Origin: Dehalococcoidia bacterium
GTDB lineage: Bacteria; Chloroflexota; Dehalococcoidia; Lucifugimonadales; GCA-2712585
Assembly: GCA_963665075.1 (NCBI GenBank)
Contig: OY762063.1
Location: forward strand, 502,844-566,843
Direction of reading: 5' to 3'
DNA: 64,000 nt
Shown: piece after piece, positions 9,713-18,406 of the stretch
Position numbering within the stretch: the stretch's first letter is position 1
How the letters are laid out: each line of letters begins with the position of its first letter
Notes under the pieces: model-generated
Databases searched by the model: none
Seen by the model: only the letters and a program-made list of their open reading frames with translations
What the model was told of the DNA's origin: nothing
Made by a program: the position numbers and the translations under genes

Positions 9713-12580
9713 CTACGACTGACGCAGGAACTCACCCCAAGCGCGGCTTAATTCCTCGCCGGCTATCAAGTTAATTCCCATGCGCCGTGCGTACCTGGTG
9801 GCCCTATTGGAGAACTTGCTTGTAGTGACGAGGTAGCTTTCTCCAACGTCGGTCTCGCCAGCTATAGCGCCGTAGAATTCACGTGCTTTGCCCACCGACA
9901 CGGTTCCTTTGTATCGCTTGCATTGTACGACGACTCGGGAAGGAGGAGGGTGAAGCCGATAGCCGTCTAAGTCGATGCCTCCATCGTCAGAGGCCTTTGT
10001 AGTGTGTAGAAGGAATCCTTTCCACCAGCGGAACAAGTCGCGTATAGCCTCTTCAAACTCGGTGGGAGATAACTCGTAGAGGTTACTTTGCCATTTCCGG
10101 TCTGGTTGGACAGGATGTGTATCTGGGGGAAATTCCAAAGGCGGGTGGTTTGCGTTTGGCCCTTCAATCAATGTTGATGGAGTCTCATTGTCTTCATCAG
10201 GCACAGGCAGTCCAAACAAGCCGTACAAGTCTTTGTCCGTGAGACTGTTCAGATCCCCGTCATCAGCTATTGGCTTCTGACCAAACAAATCATGGAATGC
10301 TGCGCGCTTTTGCTGTAGCAGGTCGAATATGCGCTCTTCAATGGTGTCGGCAGCATATAGCGAGTGGATGAACACGGGCTTTTTTTGGCCTATGCGATAT
10401 ACCCTGGCCGAGGCTTGATCTACGACGGCAGGGTTCCACCAGTGGTCGAAGTGAAAGACATGGTTTGCACGGGTGAGGGTAAGTCCCTGACCGCCTGCTC
10501 TGGCAGACATGAGCAGCACATTGTTTATATCCGATTCTTGGAAATCGGCAAGGACTTGGTCGCGCCTGCTTGTAGATAATGAGCCATCAAATTGTAACGG
10601 AGCAAACTGCTGAAGTTTGGGTTCAATTTTCTTCAGTGTTTTGCCCGGATACTGGGAAAAGACTAGTGCTTTGTCGTTGTTGTCAACAAGACTTTGAAGC
10701 TCATCCTCCAAAAAACTCAACTTACAGCTTTGGCTGGATGAATCCTCATAGTTACATATCTGCTTTAGCTTGGTGATGAGGGCAAATACGTGTATTCGTG
10801 TTGCGTCAGTTCCCATACGTCTCAAGGTTTCTACCTCTTGGTTCTCCGTCGCATCATAAACCTTGCGCTGTGATGGAAGCAGGTCCAGCCAATGGTCTTG
10901 GTGGGTGAGTTCGGGTAGTTCAATATCAACGTCTTCAATGGTGCGCCTTTTCAAGTACGGACGCATCTTGAGGCGCACTTCGTTTTTGGTATACCAGTCC
11001 GCGTTATCCTCGTAGAACAAGCCAGGTTTGATAAAGCCAAACAAGGCAACAACATCAGTCTCTTTGTTTTCCATAGGTGTACCAGTCAAGGCCCACCTAT
11101 ATTGGGGCATCAGCCGTATGACAGATCGGTGGGTCTTGGTGCCGGGATTCTTGATTTTCTGCGCCTCGTCCAGAACGCACAGGTCGAACCTGTTGGATTC
11201 AAATTCGCCAATGTCATTGCGAAGGGTCTCATAGGATACGACGTATATTTCTGCGTGGGACTTCCACGCTTCTGTCCGTACCACCCTATCGCCCTGCAAT
11301 CTGAATATTCTTAGTTCAGGTGCCCATGACCTGATTTCTCTTTCCCAAGTGTTTGTCATGCTGGCGGGGCAGACAACCAGAGTCCGCTGTAACTCCCCAC
11401 GCCGAAACAGGATTCGCATAGCAATGATGGCCTGTATGGTCTTGCCTAGACCCATCTCGTCGGCTAGGAGTGCTGACTCTCGTTCTACCAGCCACTTTAC
11501 GCCTGCAACTTGGAATGGGTATGGTGTCTTTCCATTGGGAAATATCAGAGGTTGTCCCTGGACGGGCAGAATTGGAGGTTGGAGTATATAGAATAGCTGC
11601 TCAAACACATCGACTATGTGGGGTTGACGTCCAATTGGTTGTCCGGGGGCTCTGACCCGATTATTCAGACATATAGAGCATTGGGACTTGGTGACACCAT
11701 GCCGGCACTTTCTTTCCAATCCGGGGAGTTGAGTTTGCCGACCAACTTTTTCGTCTTCTTCGGGGGCGTAGTGTGACCTGTAGTCTTTTCCAACAGTCCG
11801 AGCGGAGGTCATCAGTTTGAAAGGCGATGATATGATTTCCGGGACTTCGAGGAAATTTACGTACCTCATAATGGTGGGTTTGCTGAAGGGCAACAAGTAT
11901 TTCAAGACATCTTCTGTCTCAACAGCGGTAAAGACCAAACCGTCGCGGAGTCTGAGGACTTTCGAAGGATGCAGAAATGCGTCACCGTTTAATGCGTCGA
12001 CGACGATAGTTACGTCATCCCAACCAGGCAGATAATCCGAGACTTCAACTATCTCAACCTTGGGAAAAGCTAACCCGTCATCTAGAGCATCGCTTTTGAC
12101 TTTGGCTTGTGCAAGCAGAAAATCTTCGCTGAGAACTTTCGGCTCAATGAAGGTGAGACCATCATCTAAGGCGTCGCTGGTCGTTTCAGCGGGATCAATC
12201 AGAAAGTTGTCGGAGGGTACGTCCGCCTCAGGTATCAACGCAATCGAATCGCGTAGGGGGATCTCCAATGCCGGAATGCGAACAAGCTGAGTCTCAGCTT
12301 CCATTATTAGCAGGCCAGGAAAACTGAGTGCTTTCGGCTTCTTGAGCAAATAAATATGCTCTAGACTTATCGCTTGAGATGGGGGTAAGTGCGTAAACCT
12401 TGCCAAGCCCCCGCCTAGCCGTGAAAGGTCCACGGTTGGAGGCGCTTCTATGGACGCGAGATGGCTGCAATCCAACGCATGAGAGGCCTTAATCGGATAC
12501 AGCTTTCTGGTCAACACCTCAGGGGGTGCAATCGGGTTTAGCCTTTTGGCCAACCCAAAGGGCATTAGTTTAAGAGCCAT
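9713..12580 (-). CDS. SNF2-family helicase fused to a C-terminal Mrr-type (PD-(D/E)xK) restriction endonuclease domain, with a ~330-aa uncharacterised N-terminal region
   Basis: 955 aa.
- Helicase motif I is LLADEMGLGKT and motif II is LDEAQKIKN.
- The helicase C-terminal region reads LLMSARAGGQGLTLTRANHVFHFDHWWNPAVVDQASARVYRIGQ.
- The C-terminal Mrr_cat-like core reads DDGGIDLDGY...VVVQCKRYKG...YLVTTSKFS.
- The N-terminal region has a Cys/His cluster (CRHGVTKSQCSIC) and an internal SDALDDGL(T/A)F duplication.
- The gene is visibly AT-richer than its neighbours. Confidence 0.9.
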   Translation of the reverse strand: MALKLMPFGLAKRLNPIAPPEVLTRKLYPIKASHALDCSHLASIEAPPTVDLSRLGGGLARFTHLPPSQAISLEHIYLLKKPKALSFPGLLIMEAETQLVRIPALEIPLRDSIALIPEADVPSDNFLIDPAETTSDALDDGLTFIEPKVLSEDFLLAQAKVKSDALDDGLAFPKVEIVEVSDYLPGWDDVTIVVDALNGDAFLHPSKVLRLRDGLVFTAVETEDVLKYLLPFSKPTIMRYVNFLEVPEIISSPFKLMTSARTVGKDYRSHYAPEEDEKVGRQTQLPGLERKCRHGVTKSQCSICLNNRVRAPGQPIGRQPHIVDVFEQLFYILQPPILPVQGQPLIFPNGKTPYPFQVAGVKWLVERESALLADEMGLGKTIQAIIAMRILFRRGELQRTLVVCPASMTNTWEREIRSWAPELRIFRLQGDRVVRTEAWKSHAEIYVVSYETLRNDIGEFESNRFDLCVLDEAQKIKNPGTKTHRSVIRLMPQYRWALTGTPMENKETDVVALFGFIKPGLFYEDNADWYTKNEVRLKMRPYLKRRTIEDVDIELPELTHQDHWLDLLPSQRKVYDATENQEVETLRRMGTDATRIHVFALITKLKQICNYEDSSSQSCKLSFLEDELQSLVDNNDKALVFSQYPGKTLKKIEPKLQQFAPLQFDGSLSTSRRDQVLADFQESDINNVLLMSARAGGQGLTLTRANHVFHFDHWWNPAVVDQASARVYRIGQKKPVFIHSLYAADTIEERIFDLLQQKRAAFHDLFGQKPIADDGDLNSLTDKDLYGLFGLPVPDEDNETPSTLIEGPNANHPPLEFPPDTHPVQPDRKWQSNLYELSPTEFEEAIRDLFRWWKGFLLHTTKASDDGGIDLDGYRLHPPPSRVVVQCKRYKGTVSVGKAREFYGAIAGETDVGESYLVTTSKFSNRATRYARRMGINLIAGEELSRAWGEFLRQS

Positions 12581-12604
12581 TAACTACTCACGCCGATTCC
12601 GAGG

Positions 12605-13159
12605 CTACTTGAACCTTGAGTCTCTTTCCGACAGGACTCTAACGGCGGTGGCGATTCGTTGGAACGGCTCCAACAAATCCACCTGGTTGAAGACCTGCTC
12701 CAACGCCTCACGGACGGATTCATAGTCAGACTCATAACCATGATGGGTTGCAGCAGTTATCGGCTGAAATCCGCCTATGCCACTCTCAAGGCGATTTTGT
12801 TTTGCTGACCCTCCACCAGGGGACAAGCTTTCTCCGTATTTCTCCAAATGGATAACCGGAACGTCAACGCGTTCTCTCAATTCCAGCATCATTTTGCTCT
12901 CCACCAGGCACAAATGGGGTGGCGCTTTTAGTGCTTTCACCAAGGGCGAGCCTATCAGTTCGTTGAACAGGTATGGCCTTAGGGTGTCTCCGTAAAGCGC
13001 TTTCTGAGCGCCAGTCGGACGCGTAGGCAGAGTGCAGTGAAACTCTTGCGGCACACCCCGCCGATCTATGACCATTATGCCGCCCATGTATCCTGCATTG
13101 TCGCTGGTGCTGTGAACCGAAAAGTATGCGATGAATGTATCGTTTTCGTGATTGCTCAT
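12605..13159 (-). CDS. Hypothetical protein (no family recognised), first gene of a two-gene operon with the SNF2-Mrr fusion
   Basis: 184 aa. Its stop lies 24 bp upstream of the SNF2-Mrr start on the same strand, and an SD-like GAGAGGAAG precedes the ATG. The composition is the same AT-richer one as the downstream gene. Confidence 0.7.
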   Translation of the reverse strand: MSNHENDTFIAYFSVHSTSDNAGYMGGIMVIDRRGVPQEFHCTLPTRPTGAQKALYGDTLRPYLFNELIGSPLVKALKAPPHLCLVESKMMLELRERVDVPVIHLEKYGESLSPGGGSAKQNRLESGIGGFQPITAATHHGYESDYESVREALEQVFNQVDLLEPFQRIATAVRVLSERDSRFK

Positions 13160-13257
13160 TATGCTTCCTCTCTAAGTTGAGCGAAGGAATTGTTACTGGC
13201 GAAATCATACCATAACCGTCAAAAGACAAGCTGCGGAAATAGATGTATACTCACTTG

Positions 13258-13331
13258 GCCCCTGTAGCTCAACTGGATTGAGCGTCCTCATGCTAAGTCG
13301 AAGGTTGCGAGTTCAAGTCTCGTCAGGGACG
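13258..13331 (+). tRNA. tRNA-like sequence with a degenerate anticodon stem (possible pseudo-tRNA); identity uncertain
   Basis: A 74-nt cloverleaf can be drawn: GCCCCTG-TA-GCTC-AACTGGATT-GAGC-G-TCCTC-ATGCTAA-GTCGA-AGGTT-GCGAG-TTCAAGT-CTCGT-CAGGGAC-G. The D arm and the T arm (GTTCAAGTC) are good. The acceptor stem has one C.A mismatch and the anticodon stem has only 3 of 5 pairs. In the canonical register the anticodon reads GCU, but there is no long variable arm as expected for tRNA-Ser. Confidence 0.5.
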
Positions 13332-13416
13332 TTGACAAGATACGAAATATATTGATAGGGTGGCGAAAGCATGAGGATGCTAGCCGCTTGAGCGGTTATC
13401 CGTTGACTGGCAATAT

Positions 13417-13452
13417 GCCCACCTGATTCTTCTAGAGTAAGGGTGGGCTTTT
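13417..13452 (+). terminator. Putative Rho-independent terminator downstream of the tRNA-like gene
   Basis: GCCCACC-(18 nt loop)-GGTGGGC followed by TTTT. Confidence 0.4.
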
Positions 13453-13599
13453 GCTTTAATCGGCAATCTGCCCTTTCACCCATCCCCTCTGGATTCCCGC
13501 CTACGCGGGAATGACGGATAATTGTGCGCTCACCCTGAGCCACAACCACACCGCTCACCCTGAGCCTGTCGAAGGGTCGAGCGCCCCCCGACCCTAAAC

Positions 13600-14697
13600 C
13601 TACCCCGTCAACCCCCACGCCACCCCCACGTCCTCCCCCAACTCCCGCAACTCCTCCACCACCGCCGGCAGCAACGGAACCCCCAACCTCCGCCGCTCCT
13701 CCTCCTTCGCCGCCTCCGGATCCCCCGCCACCAACACCCGCTCCACCCCCGCCACCGGCTCCGTCCGATGCACCCGGTCAAACATATCGTCCATTTGCCC
13801 CCGAAACTCCTCCAACGGACGGAACGCGTCCACCCGAATCGCGCAGAAGAAATGCCCCACGCTCCCATAGCTTTCATAAGCGTCCAACTGAATCGACGCC
13901 CCGTGCCCCGGCAAAATCCCGCACAGCACGTCCACCAGCATCCCCAGCCCGTACCCCTTGTGGCTCCCCAACTCCGGCGTGCTCCCCAACGGCAGCAGCT
14001 TCCGCGCCTCCACCGCCTCCGACGCGCTCGACGTCGGAACCCCCTCGTCGTCCGCCGCCACTCCCAACGGTATCTCCGCCCCCAACCGCGTCGTCAATAT
14101 CAACTTCTGGAACACCATCGCGCTCGTCCCCACGTCCAGACAGAAGTCCGGCTCGCTTCCCGACGGCGCGCCCACGCTGATAGGATTCGTCCCATACACC
14201 GGCTGACGTCCCCCCGTCGGCAGCACGATCGGATTGCTGTTCGTGCTCGAAATCCCGATCATCCCGTGCGGCACCGCCATCATCGAAAAATACTGCGCCG
14301 CCCCGAAGTGATGGCTGTTCTTCACCGCCACCATGCCGATGAACGACTCCCGCGCCTTCTCGATTGCCATGTTCATCGCCCGCACCCCCGCCGATAGCCC
14401 CAACCCCAAATTCGCGTCCAGCAGCGCCGTCACCGGCGTCTCCCGCACCACCTCCAGCGGCGCGTCGGGCTTGATTTTCCCGCTCTGAATGTCCCTGACG
14501 TAGATGCGCCCCAGGTTGTTGTTGGACATCCCATGCGTCTCCACGCCCCGCAGGTCGGCGTACACCAGCACGTCCGCCGCCATCGCCGCATCCTCCGACG
14601 GAACCCCCAGCTTCGCCAGCACCTCCGTCGCAAAGACCCTGAGTCCGTCCGCGTCTACCCGAATCCGATTCTCCGATGCCTGACCTTCTCCGCTCAT
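13600..14697 (-). CDS. Ldh_2-family (malate/L-lactate/sulfolactate dehydrogenase type 2) oxidoreductase
   Basis: 365 aa. It contains VLVYADLRGVETHGMSNN...AVKNSHHFGAAQYF...GSHKGYGLGMLVD, characteristic of Ldh_2. Confidence 0.85.
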   Translation of the reverse strand: MSGEGQASENRIRVDADGLRVFATEVLAKLGVPSEDAAMAADVLVYADLRGVETHGMSNNNLGRIYVRDIQSGKIKPDAPLEVVRETPVTALLDANLGLGLSAGVRAMNMAIEKARESFIGMVAVKNSHHFGAAQYFSMMAVPHGMIGISSTNSNPIVLPTGGRQPVYGTNPISVGAPSGSEPDFCLDVGTSAMVFQKLILTTRLGAEIPLGVAADDEGVPTSSASEAVEARKLLPLGSTPELGSHKGYGLGMLVDVLCGILPGHGASIQLDAYESYGSVGHFFCAIRVDAFRPLEEFRGQMDDMFDRVHRTEPVAGVERVLVAGDPEAAKEEERRRLGVPLLPAVVEELRELGEDVGVAWGLTG

Positions 14698-14967
14698 TCC
14701 ATCGCCTCACTCTGTCATTCTGAGAATCTACACCCTGCCTACCGTCATTCGCGCACCCCTTCCATACATTCCCGCCGCCCCCTACCGTCATTCCCGCGCC
14801 CCCTCCGTCATTCCCGCGCAGGCGGGAATCCATCCCCCTTCGCCTCACTCTGTCATTCTGAGGTCTCCCGAAGAATCCCCATACCGCTCACCCTGAGCCC
14901 ATCCTGTACCACATACCCCCGCTCATCCTGAGCCTGTCGAAGGACTAAGCGCGAGCGTCCCCCAACC

Positions 14968-15972
14968 CTACAAATTAAACTGCGGGTCCACCCAATCCTT
15001 CTCCTTGCGATACACCTGAATCCGCCACCGCTGATCCTCCACCACGTAGATGTTCCCCTCCCCGTCAATCTCCACCGCCACCGGCGAGTAGAAACGCTGC
15101 TCCGGCTCCAAACTTTTCGCCCGCAGCCGCGCCCTCCGATAGTCCGGGTTGTCGTCCAGAAACTGCTGCGCCCACTTGGAAGGCTTGTCGGCGTTCCCAA
15201 TGAACGTGGTCAGATGCCCGCCGTCCCCGTCGAACACCTCCACCTTGTTGTTCCACCAGTCCGTTATGTAAACGTCCCCCTCCGAGTCCACCGCCACGTC
15301 GCTCGGAAGATTCAACTCCCCAACGCCCGTGCCCGGCGTCCCGAAGGTCATCATGTACTGACCGTCCGACGTGAATTTCTGCACCCGATGGTTGTACCAG
15401 TCGGCGACGAACACGTTGTCATATTTGTCCACCGCAATCCCCCACGGACGTATCATCTGCCCGTCATCAGTTCCCTCGGAGCCGAAGCCTCCGAGGTACT
15501 GACCGTCCGCGGTAAACCTCTGCACCCGATGATTCAAATTCTCCGTGACGAGAAGCTCCCCCCGGCTGTTGAACGCCAGTCCCGCCGGCCCGTTCAACTG
15601 CCCCGGCCCCGAACCGGCGACGCCCCACTTCGACAGGAAATTCCCCTCCTTGTCGAAAATCGTAATCCGATGCAGCCACTCGTCCGAAAGGTACAGCCGT
15701 CCCTCCGCGTCCAACGCCACCGAAGTCCCCCAGACCCATTCCCCGTCGCCTTCGCCCGCGCCGCCGAACTCCTTGATGAACTCCTCGTCCGTAGTCATAA
15801 GCGTCACCCGCTGGCACGGCTCCGCCTCCGACCCCCGGCTCAACACGTAAATCATCCCCTCGTCGCCCACCGCCAAGTCCAGCGGGTTGCGAAACCCCGC
15901 GCCCCCAGGCGTGCCCATCCCCATCGCGTGCCTGTAGTTGAACGTCCGCCCCCTAACCATTACAGTCTGCAT
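14968..15972 (-). CDS. NHL-repeat six-bladed beta-propeller protein (cassette copy 1)
   Basis: 334 aa. It has repeated blades of the type G.G.GQ(F/L)N.P.G(I/L)A(V/F)D..G..YV(A/T)D..N.R(V/I)Q.F. There is no obvious signal peptide. Confidence 0.85.
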   Translation of the reverse strand: MQTVMVRGRTFNYRHAMGMGTPGGAGFRNPLDLAVGDEGMIYVLSRGSEAEPCQRVTLMTTDEEFIKEFGGAGEGDGEWVWGTSVALDAEGRLYLSDEWLHRITIFDKEGNFLSKWGVAGSGPGQLNGPAGLAFNSRGELLVTENLNHRVQRFTADGQYLGGFGSEGTDDGQMIRPWGIAVDKYDNVFVADWYNHRVQKFTSDGQYMMTFGTPGTGVGELNLPSDVAVDSEGDVYITDWWNNKVEVFDGDGGHLTTFIGNADKPSKWAQQFLDDNPDYRRARLRAKSLEPEQRFYSPVAVEIDGEGNIYVVEDQRWRIQVYRKEKDWVDPQFNL

Positions 15973-16030
15973 TCTTTTTCCCCTTTTGCGATTGTTTGCG
16001 ATTCCAGTTGATGCGTGTTAGTCGGGAAAT

Positions 16031-17440
16031 TTAGCCGAACTGGTACTCCCTCGTCGATGCGATTATCTGCATCGTACCGACCACCCGATCCGAGAAGCTG
16101 CGCGACTCCCCGCCGCCGTTTCCGTTGCCGGATTCGCTCTTGCTCACGTGGTCGATAAGCTCCTCCCGCGTCGCATCCTCCACCTGCACAGGCCCCATCA
16201 GATCCAGGCACCCGTCAACCATCCCCGCCGCGTCCAACGCGCCACGGGTTGACATCCTCTCGATGATGTTCTGCACGCCGGGAAGCTCCTGCTTCACCAT
16301 CTGATCGGCGGCGAAGTTGATACGACGCAGCAACGCGCCGCTGTCGATCCACTCCCCGCCCGTGTGCCAGCCCTCCACGCTAGGCGGGTCCAGCAGCGCC
16401 TGCCCCTGGAAGTTGCACTCCTCCGCCAGCAGCGTAATCCCCGGCTTGGGATACTGGAAGTCGCCGATGAGACGCATCGTGCCCGCGATAAGCTCCGCCG
16501 GACTCTTCACCTTGGCGTACCACACGCTCTCATCCTTGAAGAAGTCCGAGTTGAACAGCGTCCTCAGCGTCGAGCGCATGTCGTACCCGCTGCTGATGAA
16601 GGCGTCTCCTATCAGGTTGATGGCGACGGGGTCCCTTGGCGCCACGTCCTGCCAGCTGGGCACCTGCACCTCGTCCGCCACGAAGAAGTTGTACAGATGA
16701 CGGGCGACGAATCGCGCCGTCGCCGGCTGACGAATCACGATGTCGATGATGTCCTCCCCGTTGAACCGCCCCCGATGTCCCAGGAAGTACTTCTCCGTAT
16801 CGTCGTGGTCGTCTTCCCGATACTCGAACTCCCACAGAAACCGCCCGTAGGGGTTCCTGGGCAGCTTGGTCGAAATCGTCCAGCCCGTGAACGCGCGGGC
16901 GCACTCCTTCACGTCCTCCTCCGTATAGTTCCCCTGCCCCATCGAGAAAAGCTCCAGCAGCTCCCGACCCCAGTTCTCGTTCGGCGCGTCCTTGTGATTC
17001 TCGTTGTTGTCCAGCCAGAAGATCATCGCCGGGTCCTTGGAAAGCTCCACCAGAATCTCCCGATAGTTCCCCAGCGCGCACTTCCGAAACGTCTCAATCT
17101 GGCGCAACATCTGGTTCCCGTTGTCCACCTTGGAGTAGCCCGTGGCGAAGACGTGATGCCAGAACAGCACCATCTTCTCCTCCAACGGCCTGGGATTGTT
17201 GATCATCCTGAACAGCCAGTTGCCCTGCATGTTCAACGGATTGCCAGGATTCCGAAACCCGTACATGTGACGAAACAGAATCCCCTCGTGGAAGGGCGGA
17301 ATGCCGTGAGCCTCCGGGTCCAGAAGCTCGTCCACCGTCGCCTCGTAGCCCTTGGCCGCCCTTCTCTCGAGCTCTTCCCGCGATGCGCCGAATCCCGCGC
17401 GACGCATCAGGTGCGCCATCAATCCAATATCCTTATCCAT
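16031..17440 (-). CDS. DUF1800 domain-containing protein (cassette copy 1)
   Basis: 469 aa. The N-terminus is LMAHLMRRAGFGASREELERRAAKGYEATVDELLDPE and there is an internal NENWGRELLELFSMGQGNYTEEDVKECARAFTGW, typical of DUF1800. Confidence 0.85.
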   Translation of the reverse strand: MDKDIGLMAHLMRRAGFGASREELERRAAKGYEATVDELLDPEAHGIPPFHEGILFRHMYGFRNPGNPLNMQGNWLFRMINNPRPLEEKMVLFWHHVFATGYSKVDNGNQMLRQIETFRKCALGNYREILVELSKDPAMIFWLDNNENHKDAPNENWGRELLELFSMGQGNYTEEDVKECARAFTGWTISTKLPRNPYGRFLWEFEYREDDHDDTEKYFLGHRGRFNGEDIIDIVIRQPATARFVARHLYNFFVADEVQVPSWQDVAPRDPVAINLIGDAFISSGYDMRSTLRTLFNSDFFKDESVWYAKVKSPAELIAGTMRLIGDFQYPKPGITLLAEECNFQGQALLDPPSVEGWHTGGEWIDSGALLRRINFAADQMVKQELPGVQNIIERMSTRGALDAAGMVDGCLDLMGPVQVEDATREELIDHVSKSESGNGNGGGESRSFSDRVVGTMQIIASTREYQFG

Positions 17441-17455
17441 CTCCCAACTCCTTCT

Positions 17456-17549
17456 TTGTCATTCCGACCAGACCTTGTCATTCAGCCAGACTCTATCATC
17501 CCAACCAAACCCTGTCATTCCGGCCGGACCTTGTCATTCTGAGCGAAGC
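17456..17549 (+). repeat. Stutter of ~19-bp half-units (TTGTCATTCCGACCAGACC-like) ending in a family-G element (GTCATTCTGAGCGAAGCGAAGAATC)
   Basis: Read directly. Four degenerate TGTCATTC-type half-units precede the complete element. Confidence 0.75.
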
Positions 17550-17731
17550 GAAGAATCTCATCCTCACGTCGCCACATACCACCCCTATTGTATTCATAAT
17601 TTCGCCCTATGGCTACCTCTACCCCACATCCGATTGAAATCCCACCCCTTCTTACCCCCTCTCCCATCCACACGTATCGTCATTCCCGCGAAAGCGGGAA
17701 TCCAGTCCCCTCTTATCCCCTCTCCCATCCT

Positions 17732-17873
17732 GGAGACCTTTGCATAACCCCCCTCAGCAAGCCGACAAACCTCTTCCCCCTTGATGGGGGAAGATTGAGA
17801 TGGGGGTGATTCGGGCGAGGTACATGACGTTTCTGGCAGTTACGCAAAGGTCTCCTTGACGGGGGAAGGTTAG
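17732..17873 (+). repeat. Rearranged composite of the MITE arms (family H) with family-C hairpins
   Basis: GGAGACCTTTGCATAAC ... CCTCTTCCCCCTTGATGGGGGAAGATTGAGATGGGGG ... GTTACGCAAAGGTCTCCTTGACGGGGGAAGGTTAGG. Confidence 0.8.
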
Positions 17874-18406
17874 GCCTGTCCTGAGCTTGTCGAAGGGATG
17901 GGGGTAATCCCCACCCCAAAAACTGCCACCTTTCCCTTGCCACAAACCCCCAACTCTGATACCATCTCTCTATGAAACATACATACCAATTCCGCAACTT
18001 CACAGGAGGCTCCACCAAACCCAATCCTCCTTCCGGTAAAAGCCCCCCATTCGTTCTTACCACAACAATATAACGAATGCCAAATTCCCCCCCAATCAGC
18101 TATGAAAACCCCCTTCGAATCCCACCACAGAAAAAAAGGAAGCCAAACAAAACGAATCACCTCTACTACAACAACCCCCCCTCCGTCATTCCGGCGAAAG
18201 CCGGAATCCAGTCCCCTCCCCCCTCTTCTCCCTTCCCCCTTGACGGGGGAAGGTTAGGATGGGGGTGAAATCCCTCCCCGCTCATCCTGAGCCTGTCGAA
18301 GGGCTCGTCGAAGGGTCGAGCATCCCCCAACCATCCTTTCATTCTGAGGAGGCCCCGCGACGAAGAATCTCCCGCTGGTAGATGACACCCCCCACCCTTG
18401 CATAAC

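Noticed and set aside
9713-13331. Interpretation of the SNF2-Mrr islet, and of the Mrr islet at 53183-54330, as tRNA-targeted integrative elements
   Set aside because: No integrase, excisionase or transposase is present. I saw no direct repeat of the tRNA 3' end. Both islets lie on the 5' side of the tRNA rather than the 3' side used by classical integrases. Horizontal origin remains plausible from composition only.
13313-13618. 101-aa ORF overlapping the 3' end of the tRNA-like gene and the REP elements
   Set aside because: It starts within REP sequence downstream of the Ldh_2 gene, runs through REP hairpins into the T arm of the tRNA-like sequence, and shows no RBS or family signal.
17941-18180. 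A ~240-bp relatively AT-rich, repeat-free spacer containing a GGAGG...CCTCC hairpin and a CCGGAAGG motif on the minus strand. I considered it as a possible SRP, 6S or other ncRNA, or a small membrane-protein ORF (17870-18160 -).
   Set aside because: I could not derive a convincing conserved secondary structure. The SRP domain IV pairing partners are absent, there is no terminator, and the ORF has no RBS and runs into REP sequence. A covariance-model scan (Infernal/Rfam) would be needed, so it is left unassigned.
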